From a virus (lineage: Duplodnaviria > Caudoviricetes): a stretch of DNA of 64,000 bases. Below are positions 38,948 to 51,000 of the stretch, piece by piece (position 1 is the first letter of the stretch; each line of letters opens with the position of its first letter). The notes beneath the pieces are model-generated. The model did not search any database, had not been told where the DNA came from, and saw only the letters and a program-made list of their open reading frames with translations. The stretch covers positions 32,001-96,000 of the IMG/VR virus record IMGVR_UViG_2595698914_000001; one strand, 5' to 3'. The translations under genes were made by a program, and so were the position numbers.

Positions 38948-41047
38948 ATGGCACAAACTAAAGAAGAAGCAGCTATAGAAGATGCTGTAATTGAAGCTAA
39001 GATTAGCGGCTTAAGTTTACAAGAAGTCAAAGATTCGGATTGGGTCTGTAGTTGTTTCATGGTAACTAGTGATGAGAACTGGGAGTATGAACAGGAAAAG
39101 AGATACTTCACATCAGCTACTAGAAAGGTCGGTGGTTCCGGTTTAGGTAACGGGCGAGTTTTAAATATGCCCTTGGGTATAAATGAGTTCTGTGATATTC
39201 CAGTAGGCTTTGGAATAGACGGTTCTAAGAATTACGATGGTATGGGTGTTCATTATAGTGAAGGTCTAGATGATAATTTAGACATAATACATATTAGACC
39301 CGGTGTTCCTAGATATAGCTCTCTAGGTAGATTCTATACCGAAGCAGTTCAAGCTGACGCTGTCAAAGTTAATGAGTACGGTTGGTTTGATGAGTTAGTC
39401 AGTAATATATCAGGTGCATTAGGATACCTTTTACTTTTACCATTTAAGATTGTTGCCTCACCTTTTAACGTATTAGGTAAATTACTTTCTAATGATAATA
39501 CTAATAGGTATAGCTATTATTACCTAGCACCAGCTACACATACTTACTGGAAGACATTAGATAATATTGTTAACGACTTTGCCTTACGTAGTGGTTTAAT
39601 ACCTGGTGCTGCGTATGATGGAAAGTATGACGATGGTAGTGAAGCATCTAAAAGTATACGTCCTGAAGATTTGGAGTACTTTAAGAATAATTTACCGGGT
39701 GTATATGTCGATGGGACTTTTGGTGTACCTAGAATAGATGTTCTAGCAATAAGCGCTAGACATACACTACTAACCTCTAGACGTGAAGACTATTTAGCTA
39801 AACAGTTAAATGGTATTAGTCAAGAAGTACTAGATGAAGATTACCTAACTGCATGGCAATCCGTTATGCGTAATCATAATCCATGGGGTGATGATGAATC
39901 AGTTCGTGAGTTAGATGGTATACATGAGTTAGGCGATGCTCTATCTGGTACAAGTAGAGCTATGAAGAATAACTACGACAAAATAGTTAAAAGTAATCTA
40001 TCCACTATTGTAGATGCTAATAATAGTACTCAGGAAGTAACAGTTAATGATGATGGTACTATAACTGCGTCAGAACAAACTACCGATTTAGATTACTCTG
40101 ATAACGGTTTAACTCCAGAAATGGACGATGCTGATTTCATAACTAACTTTAGCGCAGTTACTAAGTCGGGTGCGGATTGGATTAGCTTAGCAGTCGACCA
40201 AGTTACAGAAAGTACTATTAGTATTAATAACACATCTGGCCCTAGTGGTTTAGCTAGTATGCTTAACGGTATGGTTAGTTCTATGCGAGGTGTTAACTTT
40301 AATATAGCCGGTGGTAATATTGGTGATAATGTTGGTGCTAATTTAGTTGAGGGTATAATTAGTACAGGTGGTGCTGCTATAAGTGGTCTAACTAATCAGT
40401 TTGTTGGCGGTATGCCTTCTGCTATATTAGGTGGTAAAGCTTTTATAGACTTCCCAGATGTATATCAGGAGTCTACTATGGAGTTTAACTCTATGAACTA
40501 CACCTTAACCAGTGTTGCATCTAGTGGACATCCGTTAGCTAAACTTCGTATGCTTATGCCTTACTTTGCTCTATTAGCACTTACTTCTCCTCGTAGTGGT
40601 GGTCCTAGCTCATACACTCCTCCTTATCTAGTTGAAGTTCAACATAAGGGTAGAGGTATAGTTCAAATGGGGATGATTGGTAGTTTAGAAGCAACTTTTG
40701 GTACAGAAGATGGTTGGGATATAAATGATATACCTAACGAAGTATCAATTAGTTTTGGAGTAACTAACTTATCTAAAGGTTTCCACGTTCCAGTAGACCC
40801 TAGTTTAAGTTTAACTTATGCTGATACAGGTGAGTTCTGTTTACACATGGGCGTATTAGCAGGTGTTAGTTTAACAGATAGAGATAAGAGCATATGGTAC
40901 AATGCTAAGCGTAGTGCGATGCGTTTATCTCAGAGGTTAGATAGAGCTACTAGTTCAACTTACTGGGCACATTTAACTGGTACTGTAACCAAAGATTTAT
41001 TTGGTGGTGTATTAGCTATGTCAGGACATTATGTAAATAGACGATAG
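38948..41047 (+). CDS. Tail tip / baseplate hub protein (phiKZ gp182-like)
   Basis: RYFTSA..K...GLG, GMG.HYSE.LDDN, GVP.Y.SL..FY, FIDFP.VY and SYT.PYL motifs. Convergent with the tape measure gene. Confidence 0.75.
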   Translation: MAQTKEEAAIEDAVIEAKISGLSLQEVKDSDWVCSCFMVTSDENWEYEQEKRYFTSATRKVGGSGLGNGRVLNMPLGINEFCDIPVGFGIDGSKNYDGMGVHYSEGLDDNLDIIHIRPGVPRYSSLGRFYTEAVQADAVKVNEYGWFDELVSNISGALGYLLLLPFKIVASPFNVLGKLLSNDNTNRYSYYYLAPATHTYWKTLDNIVNDFALRSGLIPGAAYDGKYDDGSEASKSIRPEDLEYFKNNLPGVYVDGTFGVPRIDVLAISARHTLLTSRREDYLAKQLNGISQEVLDEDYLTAWQSVMRNHNPWGDDESVRELDGIHELGDALSGTSRAMKNNYDKIVKSNLSTIVDANNSTQEVTVNDDGTITASEQTTDLDYSDNGLTPEMDDADFITNFSAVTKSGADWISLAVDQVTESTISINNTSGPSGLASMLNGMVSSMRGVNFNIAGGNIGDNVGANLVEGIISTGGAAISGLTNQFVGGMPSAILGGKAFIDFPDVYQESTMEFNSMNYTLTSVASSGHPLAKLRMLMPYFALLALTSPRSGGPSSYTPPYLVEVQHKGRGIVQMGMIGSLEATFGTEDGWDINDIPNEVSISFGVTNLSKGFHVPVDPSLSLTYADTGEFCLHMGVLAGVSLTDRDKSIWYNAKRSAMRLSQRLDRATSSTYWAHLTGTVTKDLFGGVLAMSGHYVNRR

Positions 41048-41080
41048 ATAAGGTAGGGCTTTCGCCCTACCTTATATTTA
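41048..41080. terminator. Bidirectional terminator
   Basis: ataaggtagggc-tttc-gccctaccttat. Confidence 0.8.
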
Positions 41081-41092
41081 TGTTTTAAGCAG

Positions 41093-44000
41093 TTAAACGA
41101 TTTTACGATCTAAAGATATTGGGGGTTTACCGTTAACTACGCGACGTTGAAAAGTTTTAGGCTTCTCGACAGTCTTCTCCGCAGCTACATATAAATCCTT
41201 AGTCTCTTTACGTTCTTGGTACTCAGTTTTATTATCTTCTGATGGACTCATCATTTTAACAATGTTGCCCATTTGTTGATTTAATACTTTAAGTTCCACT
41301 AACTGATCGTAGTTGATACCCACTAGCTGATTATTAAGCTGAGCAATCTCATCGCTTCTACCCACTAACATATCCTTAGTCTTATTCTTCGCTTCTTGAT
41401 TAATACCAACAACACGTTCTACGTCATTAGTAAAATCATTGGACTTAGATAGACTTGATGTATTAACTGCGGTAGTGGTAGGTTGTGATGGCATCCTAGA
41501 TTCACTACGTTTAGCTTCAACAACAGATTCAGTCATAGCAGGGGAAACCGAAGCTAACTGTGTGCTTGCTTTTGGTTTCGGTTTAGAAGTGTAATTACTC
41601 TCACCAGCCAAGCCTAAACGCTTACGGTAATCATTCGTAATCTTCACTACATACTCTTGAGTCTCCTTACTGTGTCGTCCAGTAACCTGAGGTAACGTAT
41701 TCAAAACTGCTTCTGGGTCTTTACTCCCAGCTTTACGAATGGCTTTATTTACATTACCACCACCAGCATTATACGCAGCTAAAGCTAACTCAGGTACACC
41801 ATCAAACCGTTTCAATTGACGTCGTATGTATTCAGTACCACCCATTATAGATTGCCTTGGATCTAAACGATTCTTAACACCTAATTCCTTAGCCGTTGCT
41901 GGCATTAGCTGCATTAATCCTGCTGCTCCTGCATGTGACTTTGCTCGCGGATTACCAGATGATTCTTGACGTATAACACTACGTATAAGGTTTTCATCTA
42001 TCCCAGTCTTAGCACTAGCCTCGTAGATATAATCGTTGTACCTTGCGATACGTTCCTCAGCACTATCTGTAATTTCATGTGGTGCCGGAGTTCCCGAAGC
42101 ACTACCCCCAGATAAACTTACCGGTTTGATTTCAACTCTATTAGTTAATTCATCTTTACCTCCTAATGTTTTAGAAATTACCGTCGCACCGCGCACCTTA
42201 TATTTCTTACGCATAGCTGCAATCTTAGCTTTTCTAGCCTTTAACCTATCCTTAATACTAACATAACCTTCATCTGAACTGTGTCCTGATGTTGAGGTGG
42301 TAGTTATGGTAGATTCGTTAGAATCCGTTTCTAATATACGTGACTGATACTTAGCTTTTCTAGCTTCAAACTTCTTACGTAACTTATCCGCATTAGCGTT
42401 TCTACGACTGCGTCTAGAACTAACTGGTTCTTTTATTTTACCATCAGATATATTTAAAACGTTAACAGTAGTATCACTATTACTGAAATCATTAACTAGA
42501 GACTTAAAGTCACTAATATCATCAGGGTCTATGTCGTTAAATGTACCGTCTGTAATTCCAACATTTTCCTTTAATGTTTTAATCAACGGTATTAACGATT
42601 TACTTATCCAATCATTAACAGTTTCACCATGATCGCCTATGATGACTGCGGTAGATATTAATTGTTTAAGTATACCAGCTAAATTAGACTCATTATTACC
42701 AACACCTCTAATGGCTCTATCTATAATAGGGTCCATTATAGCACGACTAGATAAATCACCTTTAACTAAATACTCAAGTATTAAGTCTTTGGCCGTAGAT
42801 ATGGTATTGGGTTTATTAGGAAACGGTATAATCTTAGCAGACTTGACATCAACAGATCTAGGTCTTCCGCCTACACGAGGATGAGTCTTACTTAAATCTT
42901 TCTTAGCCTTTAAGTTGTCCTCCGCCATTTTAACAATGGCTCCACTTGGAGACTTAGAGTTCTTAGTAGTATCCGTTTTACCTATCGGAGTCTTACCTTG
43001 AACTTTATCTGGGTCTAGTTTAAGAATGTTTTTATTTACAAAAGATTCTATATGTTTACGTTTGGCCTGTATAGGTGTTTTTGTGAAACAACTATTAGGC
43101 GTATCTAATGGGTCTCTACCTTGGTCTTTGTAATTCATAACTGCTTTACAAAAATCAGGATACTGTTCCTTCTTAAGACTTTCATCTAATGAAGATAAAG
43201 AATGTTCTCCATCTTTACTTTCATTTAAAGAAGCAACAACACTTATCCATTTAAATAGAACTGGTTTAAAGCGGTAATCAAACCACTTAACCCATTCGGC
43301 TCTTGCAGCCGAGTCACCATAAGAACTATCAAAGTCACCAGAGTACTCTTCCCAGAGTTCTTCAGTTGTACCTTTAATACCAACGATACCATCTTTGGGT
43401 TCCATTCTATCCATCATTTCATTTTCGAAATAACGCAATGCAACCTTTCTATCTTCGTAATCACCATCTTCACCAACATAATAACCATACTGCATCATAC
43501 GTAGGTATTCGATTTTCTTAATACTAGAACGTCTACTAAAGTAACCCCATAGTCCGCTACCAATTTCGTAAGCAGTCCATACAGCTAAACCTATACCGAT
43601 TATAGGGGCAATAACTGCTAATCCAGCAGCAGCAGCTCCAGCAGCGACAGCGGCACCCGCTAACTTCTTAGCACCAAACTTAGCGACTGCACCAACTACT
43701 TTCTTACCACCTACTTTAGTAAAGGCTTTACCAACTAGATTCTTAGTTCCATTAAGAACAGTACCGCCTCCAGATTTCATAGCACCTAGAGCACGTCCTA
43801 CAAGTTTACCTTTACCTCTCATTCTTCCGGCTTTAGATGGTTTATTCCTGTCTATATCAGGCATACCAGAGACAACATCGCCTAATAGTCTACCTAAACC
43901 TAAACCACGAGCAGCCTTACCTAAACCGCCAAGAATGTCCATATTGGCAATCTTACCTAGGATACCGACTATAGGACCAATCAACATCATTAAGGTTTTA

Positions 44001-47000
44001 ACAATCTTATTGGAACCTGCATCGACCTTACCGTCTTTATCTTTGGATTTACTAGAAGGTAATATTCCCTTAGCGCGATCTTTTAATTGTTCTCTCCAAC
44101 CACCATCTCGTAAACCATCACCATCTGAGTCTCCTCTAGGTGACTTCTTAATCTTACCCCAAGCGCTTAATGCTTTCTCTCTAGCTTTGTCTGCTTTAAG
44201 AGTAGCTGCTACCTCACCAGCAATATCAGATGTCTTACTATCCTTAACCTTATCTTTTATATCTGACATGGTAGATTGTAACTTATCTAATTTATCCTGA
44301 TTATCTTCCTTGTATTTATTAAGTTTATCTTTCATCTTAGATGTGGCTTCTGTAGCCTTATCTTTAATTTCAGAACCCTTAACTTGAGCTTTACCTTTTA
44401 AATCCTTTAAACTGTCGCTTACTTTAGACGAGGTAGTTAAGTAGTCAGGAGAACCTTCACCTTTATCAATTACCTTATTAGTGAATAGATTAACTACGTT
44501 TGCTTTGAAGATAACATTATCTGGAACATGAACCAATAAACTACTTATAAGTTTACCTTCGAACATCTTCATTAAAGACTTAGTTGTTTTACCAATAAGT
44601 TTAAATGGAGACATGGCAACCTTACCAAGTAACTTAGCACCAGATAGTAATTTATTACCCACTTCACCAGCTATAGTTTTAAGCTTTAATAACTTACCAG
44701 ACTTATCTCTAAGACCTTCTTTTATTTGCTCAATAGTGATTCTAGGTTCACCATCCTTATAACTATAAACGGTACTCGTTATATCTTTAAGACTAGTAAC
44801 AGTTACCCGTTTACCGTTTTCCATTACATATAAAAGACCAGACTCTAACTCTTCTTTAGTAACGAGTAGTTTACCGTCACCTGTAAATAAGCTTTGTGCT
44901 GAATTTAACTTATTAGTAAGATAGTTCTTACCGCGACTTAATAATCTACCACCAGTTTTAAATACACTCTTACCTAAACCGTAGATATTACCAGCTAGTT
45001 TAAGGGGTATAGCTAAACCTTTACCGATTAGACCACCAATCTTTTTAGCCATACCGGGGTTACGAGTTTCTAAGCCTTTATCAAACTCTTCTCTAGTGAT
45101 AGCTACATTAGCAGTTTCTTTATTAAAGACTTCACCTTTAATATCTGTAATAGATTTAATTGGTGTCTTAGCTAGCTTACCCTGAGTAGCGTACGGTGAC
45201 TTAGGTAGGTCTCTATTGAAGTAGATACCTCTAGCTATATCTTTACCGTATAGGACAGGTTCACTTCCACCGATAAGATAAACATCATCCGGTTTCTTAA
45301 ACTGATTACGGATTTCAGATGCTATACCACCAACTAACTTCATAGGCATCATAGCTAACTTCTTAGCTTTATCAAATGAACCTTTAACTAGACTACGAGC
45401 TTTACCAAAAGCCTTACTTGCTAATTTAAATGGACCACTAAGTATTTTACTGAATTTAACTCCCATATTACCAACGAACTTACCAAGGGAACTATTCCCC
45501 ATAGTTTCATTATGGTTGGCTTGTTGAGCCGCATACATTTCAGCAAGAACACCACGAACATCATTAAGAGTAGAATTGGCTATTTGTAACTCACTAAGTA
45601 CCGCCGCATCAGTATGTTCAGAAGACATTTCACCGTTAGCAGTAACCTTAGGTTTATTAATAGCTATAGCTTCATGGATAACATCTAATGAAGATTTAGA
45701 TAAAGTTACATTAACTCCTGTATCTTGAGCTAATATAGCATCGATACGACTTACTGCTTTATCTATACTCTCTAATCTTAAATTAATATCAGAAGTATCA
45801 ACGTTGAAATTATTACTAATATTATTAGCCAATTCAGAACGTTCATTCATTAGGTTGTTTCTAACAACAGATAAGTCTTCTACATCAACGTTAGTCTTAG
45901 TATTATCAAACTTACCTAATTTACGATTGTAAAGATTACCAAAGTTTAAACCTAAACGACCATCTTTATCTCTAGTACCGTAACCCAGTCCCTCAAGTAA
46001 TTCGTTATTACCTGTAGCATTGAGTAAGTTAAATATAGATTGGGTTTCTGGATTAGCATCTTTTAATCCTTTAAATCTACTAAGTACATTTAACCGATGT
46101 GTTGCTTCACCACCCGAATCACTAAAGTCACCTAATTTAAACTTAGTCTTACCTTCAGCGCCAACATTAAGAACTTTACCTAGAGCTTCTGCTAGTACTT
46201 CAGCATCACCTTCAGTTATACCTGGAATAGTAGAATACTGGTCTTTACGACCAAACTTATCTAAGTCAGTACCGATATCGTTATTAGCACTACGGATAAT
46301 GGCATTTTCTAAACCATCAATCTGTTCTTGAGTTAACTTATCTTTAATATCTTCATTACCAACGAATAAAGCAGCAATAACTTTATCTATGTTATCTCTA
46401 ACATCTTCGATACTGTTATCATCAATTAGACGTTTCTGTAAGTTAGCCATCGCTTCGGACTGAGTAACAAACTTCTCGCTGTATATATCGAAGGTTTCTT
46501 TTTCAGCTTTAGGACCAAAAGCCATCTGCTTAAGAACTAGATGTATTTTACTTAACCATTCAGGAATAATCTTAATCAATGTCTCTCTGGACATTCTATC
46601 CCACTGAGCTTCCATAGTAGCTTTTTCAGCTAAGCTCTGAGTTATTGATTCTCTATCAGCATCGATGGTAGGTCTTACTGAGTCAATAAATCTAAAGAAT
46701 AGTCCTCGTAAACCTTCAGCCTCAGTATTATCGGTAACTAAATTATCAAACAATTGAGCCTTATTCATATTGGCGTACTGTAAGAATTTATCAACCCTTT
46801 TAGCATCTGGGTTTGCTTTAAGATACTTCTCTAGTTGTTCGCTTGCAAAACCAACCACTTTCTTAGAGACTGCACCACCAGCGGCTGAACCAGCATTAGA
46901 TAGAGCCATCTCTTTTAGTGACTGTTGAGGACCACCCATCTCTTGCTGCATTTCATCCATGTCAGCAAAACCACTAGCAGCATCTCCTAAAGACGACATA

Positions 47001-47929
47001 CCGTCGGCGACCTGCTGGCCAACCTCTAATGCTCTAGTTTGAATGTTTTGTGCCATCTTGCTAAAATAGTCTTTACCAAAGTCTACTATATTAGCAGTAG
47101 TTCTACCTTGCCATTCGTCTAGGAATAACTGTTTAAAGTTTTCACTGTTTTGACGTTTGATTATTTCAGGTAAACCAGTATTCTTAGTAATGGCTTTTAA
47201 TTCACCAATACTAGCATTATAACCTTCAGTTGTAACCTTTAATAAATTCTTTAAGATGTGGTATTTCTTAAAGTCTAATTCTAGGGCACGTTCGTGAACT
47301 TTTAATAAGATACCATCATTAAAAGCATTAACTCTATTTAAAGAATTACTAATTGATGTAAGAGTTGTATGTGACAGACGGAAGCGTTCTTGTTCTGTCT
47401 TAGCATCCATCATCTTATCAGCCATATCTTGCTGACGGTCTCCCAGTTGACTCTCACGCCATGTACCAAATATACCAGCTAAACCTTGCTGCATTTCTAA
47501 TTGGTCAGGGTCGATGTCAGGAGAATTACTCTTAACTTTAGTTAGGTCATCGAACTTATTACCAAATCTATCACCTACCATACGTTTAACTAAAGGACTA
47601 AGTCTATTTAGATTACGTTTAAATTCAGGTAACTCTTTTCGAATAGGAGAGATTAGATTTCGTTTAGCTTTATCAACAGCATCTAAGCCGCTTTTAGCTG
47701 ACTCGTATGTAGTACTGTAACCTTTAGGTACAGCCTTTTTAATTTCTTGTTCGAGGTAATGTTTATCAGATACCTTAGTAACTGCGCCTTTAAAGAAATT
47801 TGTTTTTAGTTGAGTAACGGGGTCTCGATTACTAGGCTGTTCTTCAGCCTCCATATCGAGGTTATCAAATGACATGTCCATATCATCCAATTCATTATCA
47901 TCCAACTTAATATCTTCTTCATCGCTCAT
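41093..47929 (-). CDS. Tape measure protein with C-terminal soluble lytic transglycosylase (GH23/SLT) domain (phiKZ gp181-like)
   Basis: 2278 aa. AITKNTGLPE, DVYL.G..EP.L repeats and GDSDGDG.RDG. SLT motifs IRQESSG, AAGLMQLMPATA and ALAAYNAG. Confidence 0.9.
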   Translation of the reverse strand: MSDEEDIKLDDNELDDMDMSFDNLDMEAEEQPSNRDPVTQLKTNFFKGAVTKVSDKHYLEQEIKKAVPKGYSTTYESAKSGLDAVDKAKRNLISPIRKELPEFKRNLNRLSPLVKRMVGDRFGNKFDDLTKVKSNSPDIDPDQLEMQQGLAGIFGTWRESQLGDRQQDMADKMMDAKTEQERFRLSHTTLTSISNSLNRVNAFNDGILLKVHERALELDFKKYHILKNLLKVTTEGYNASIGELKAITKNTGLPEIIKRQNSENFKQLFLDEWQGRTTANIVDFGKDYFSKMAQNIQTRALEVGQQVADGMSSLGDAASGFADMDEMQQEMGGPQQSLKEMALSNAGSAAGGAVSKKVVGFASEQLEKYLKANPDAKRVDKFLQYANMNKAQLFDNLVTDNTEAEGLRGLFFRFIDSVRPTIDADRESITQSLAEKATMEAQWDRMSRETLIKIIPEWLSKIHLVLKQMAFGPKAEKETFDIYSEKFVTQSEAMANLQKRLIDDNSIEDVRDNIDKVIAALFVGNEDIKDKLTQEQIDGLENAIIRSANNDIGTDLDKFGRKDQYSTIPGITEGDAEVLAEALGKVLNVGAEGKTKFKLGDFSDSGGEATHRLNVLSRFKGLKDANPETQSIFNLLNATGNNELLEGLGYGTRDKDGRLGLNFGNLYNRKLGKFDNTKTNVDVEDLSVVRNNLMNERSELANNISNNFNVDTSDINLRLESIDKAVSRIDAILAQDTGVNVTLSKSSLDVIHEAIAINKPKVTANGEMSSEHTDAAVLSELQIANSTLNDVRGVLAEMYAAQQANHNETMGNSSLGKFVGNMGVKFSKILSGPFKLASKAFGKARSLVKGSFDKAKKLAMMPMKLVGGIASEIRNQFKKPDDVYLIGGSEPVLYGKDIARGIYFNRDLPKSPYATQGKLAKTPIKSITDIKGEVFNKETANVAITREEFDKGLETRNPGMAKKIGGLIGKGLAIPLKLAGNIYGLGKSVFKTGGRLLSRGKNYLTNKLNSAQSLFTGDGKLLVTKEELESGLLYVMENGKRVTVTSLKDITSTVYSYKDGEPRITIEQIKEGLRDKSGKLLKLKTIAGEVGNKLLSGAKLLGKVAMSPFKLIGKTTKSLMKMFEGKLISSLLVHVPDNVIFKANVVNLFTNKVIDKGEGSPDYLTTSSKVSDSLKDLKGKAQVKGSEIKDKATEATSKMKDKLNKYKEDNQDKLDKLQSTMSDIKDKVKDSKTSDIAGEVAATLKADKAREKALSAWGKIKKSPRGDSDGDGLRDGGWREQLKDRAKGILPSSKSKDKDGKVDAGSNKIVKTLMMLIGPIVGILGKIANMDILGGLGKAARGLGLGRLLGDVVSGMPDIDRNKPSKAGRMRGKGKLVGRALGAMKSGGGTVLNGTKNLVGKAFTKVGGKKVVGAVAKFGAKKLAGAAVAAGAAAAGLAVIAPIIGIGLAVWTAYEIGSGLWGYFSRRSSIKKIEYLRMMQYGYYVGEDGDYEDRKVALRYFENEMMDRMEPKDGIVGIKGTTEELWEEYSGDFDSSYGDSAARAEWVKWFDYRFKPVLFKWISVVASLNESKDGEHSLSSLDESLKKEQYPDFCKAVMNYKDQGRDPLDTPNSCFTKTPIQAKRKHIESFVNKNILKLDPDKVQGKTPIGKTDTTKNSKSPSGAIVKMAEDNLKAKKDLSKTHPRVGGRPRSVDVKSAKIIPFPNKPNTISTAKDLILEYLVKGDLSSRAIMDPIIDRAIRGVGNNESNLAGILKQLISTAVIIGDHGETVNDWISKSLIPLIKTLKENVGITDGTFNDIDPDDISDFKSLVNDFSNSDTTVNVLNISDGKIKEPVSSRRSRRNANADKLRKKFEARKAKYQSRILETDSNESTITTTSTSGHSSDEGYVSIKDRLKARKAKIAAMRKKYKVRGATVISKTLGGKDELTNRVEIKPVSLSGGSASGTPAPHEITDSAEERIARYNDYIYEASAKTGIDENLIRSVIRQESSGNPRAKSHAGAAGLMQLMPATAKELGVKNRLDPRQSIMGGTEYIRRQLKRFDGVPELALAAYNAGGGNVNKAIRKAGSKDPEAVLNTLPQVTGRHSKETQEYVVKITNDYRKRLGLAGESNYTSKPKPKASTQLASVSPAMTESVVEAKRSESRMPSQPTTTAVNTSSLSKSNDFTNDVERVVGINQEAKNKTKDMLVGRSDEIAQLNNQLVGINYDQLVELKVLNQQMGNIVKMMSPSEDNKTEYQERKETKDLYVAAEKTVEKPKTFQRRVVNGKPPISLDRKIV

Positions 47930-48038
47930 GGAGATACCTCAATGTATAAGGGTTGTTTTATTTATAGATCATATAAGTTCCAGTTGCTACAAATAGCTCA
48001 ATTTGTATGTATTCATTTAAAATAAAAAGGTTTCCTTT

Positions 48039-51000
48039 ATGATTAACGTTACGAGTTTTAAGCAACGTTATCTAGTTAGAAAAAATACAGGTGTTCCAAG
48101 TCGAATATCCACACTAGCTAGTGATGTGCCTAAGAGTCCAATATATCATTACTTAGGTAAGAATGATACGTTAGGACCAGAACCAACAGACTTAGTAGTT
48201 AACGCTATTAGTGAAGCGGGGAATGACCCTGCTATTTACGTCGGTCATATTACAGATTTAAGTATTGATAACGAACGAGATAAAGGTTTCTTTGGTAGTA
48301 AGTTAAAGAACCAACGTGAGTTAGTTCAAGATTACCATAAGCGTTACCGTCAGTTTACTCGCGTTTATGATTTAGATAATGTAGTGGATAAAAAGTACCC
48401 ATTAATTATCAACTACCAAATGTTACCTAAGATTTATCCTATTAAGACTAAACATGCTGATACCTATCGTTGGGTAGAAAACATCTTAATGGATTCTATC
48501 TGGTCAACGGCTGCAAGTCTAGATACTGACCGTATTCAATTTATTAGTATTAATGCCCCTCGTAAACTACAACCACTTTCTTACTATAAAGACATAATTA
48601 GAAACGAACGGTTAACAGATTTACGTAAGATTAAGAATCGTGAAGACTTAGTTCTTATAGACTTATTTAAATTCTATCTTAATCCAGATAATGATACTAT
48701 TATAGGTAAATACCTTCCTAAAATTAAGAACTTAATAGTTGCTGTTCGTGATGATATAAATGTATTTTATATCTCAGGTGAGAACTTATTAGAGTGGGCA
48801 CAATCTGAAGATTCTGAAAGTAAGAAGTTAGATTGGATACATGGTCTATTCGAATACTTACTAACTCTAAGACCATCATTGGAAGAAACTGATGATGAAG
48901 TCGAAACTTATCAAGAACGTATTGAAAGTATTAAATCTGAATTAAATACGGATGAAGATACTCAAGTAGATGATATTGAGACCGCTATACTTACAGAGGC
49001 GGATGAACTACTTAAGACCAATGCAATTACTGAGGGTGAGTATAAAGGTGCTTTAAAGTTAGCTACACGTACTAGAAACCTAGCCAATCCTATCGGTGAT
49101 GGTAAGTTGGGTGATGTAATTGATAATATGCCTGATACCGACGAGATACCTAAATCAACTATACCAGATATTGAAGTTATAGAAGATAAGAGTGTATTAG
49201 ATAATAAAGTTAAGATGTTAGATTCTGAGTATGCAGATAAATACCTTAACCCACATATTATCCGTACAGTTCTAGGTATGCAAAATGAAGGTATCATCAT
49301 AACTAATATCCGTCGTGAATTGGTTGAAGATGCTTCTGGTAAGACTCAGATTTTCAGTATCCAAACTAAACCAGTTAAAGGCGATATAGGTACTTTTAAA
49401 ATAGAAGTGCCTGTAGTTAATGACGAAGGTGTGTTTAAAATGGGCGGTGTTGATTATCGTATGAATAAACAACGCGGTGATATGCCTATTGTTAAGATAG
49501 AACCTGATGAAGTAGCATTAACTGCTGCTATGTCTAAGATGTTTGTTACACGTGGTAAACGTAAAGCTAACTCTTATCCTGAATGGTTATATGTTAATTT
49601 ATTAAACCTCAAAGAACTTAATTATATTAAAGACGTTAAAGTAAGTAATGTATCGGTTCTTATCGATGTAGATAAGTTACCTGATATATATTCTATTTTA
49701 GCTAAACGCTTTAAGACATTTAAGTTTAACGATTACGAATTCTACTTCGATTACAAAACTCGTTCAGAACTATATAAGGGAGACCTTAAGAAGTTAGAGG
49801 GTGAAGCTGTATTAGTAGGTAAGGTTGGTAAGTCATTAATATTAGTTGACGATACTAATAACTTTACTAAAGTTACAGATGGTAAAGAAGTAGCCCTGGG
49901 GACATTTGAAGATATACTTGGTTTAGATAAAACTAAAATACCAGTTGAATTTTCAGAAGTTAAGATTAAAGGTAAGATTGTACCAGTCGGTGTACTACTT
50001 GCTTACTGGATGGGTATTGAGAAGTTCTTCCGTTACATTGGAGTTAAGGTAGAAGAGTACCAACCTAATGAACGTATAAGTACTAGAACGGGTATTATTA
50101 TTCGTTTTAAAGAAGTTAAACTAAATGTAATCTGTGATAGTAAATTACAGGAACTTTTAGTTGGTGGCTTTACTTACTTTAAGTCTTCAACACGTGAAGT
50201 TAACTATGAAGAACTAAATCAACCTAAATCTTTCCATCACATTTTTAGTAGTCGAGGTATAAGTGTTTCGCAATATACGTTCTACACTCGTATCCAACGT
50301 ATGTGGATTGACCCAATCACAAAAGACCTACTTAAAGGGATGCGTGAACCTACTAATATACGTGACTTGTTTATCCGTAGTACTGAGTTACTTACTAATC
50401 AGCAACACGTAGATACTACAGATGGTGCATACAAGATTAATAAGGGTTATAACCGCTTTAATGATATTATATATAAAGAAATTATTGCTGGTATAAATGA
50501 GTTCTCTCGCGGTAGTAAAACTGCTAAGCGAACTTTCAGTATTAATCCTAAAGCTGTACGTATGGCTATAGCTATGGACTCAGGTATAGCTCCTGTAGCA
50601 GAAGCTAATCCAATGCAGGTATCGGGTGAGCAGGAACGTATTACCTTTGGTGGTGCTGGTGGACGTAGTAATCAGTCTATGACTGGTAAACACCGTAAGT
50701 TCCATAAGAACGATAGAGGTGTAATTAGTGAAGGTTTTACTGATAATGGTAAAGCTGGTACTATTTTATATTATACTGCTAATCCTGAGATAGAGAATAT
50801 CTACGGAGTTCAGGGTAAATCCGATAAAAAGGAATTAGGTAACTTACTTAGTCTATCAACTAACGTTAACCCATTCAGTGTCAAGGACGATCCAAAGAGA
50901 AGTAACTTTGGTCGTATTCAATATGATGCTTGGGCTAATGCTGTAGGTCAGATGGTTATGCCTTGTAGAACTGGAGTTGAGTTAACGGTTGCACATAAAG

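Noticed and set aside
44075-44135. DSDGD motif in the tape measure protein as an RNAP catalytic site
   Set aside because: It lies in a low-complexity tape-measure segment (GDSDGDGLRDG), not in a NADFDGD double-psi barrel context.
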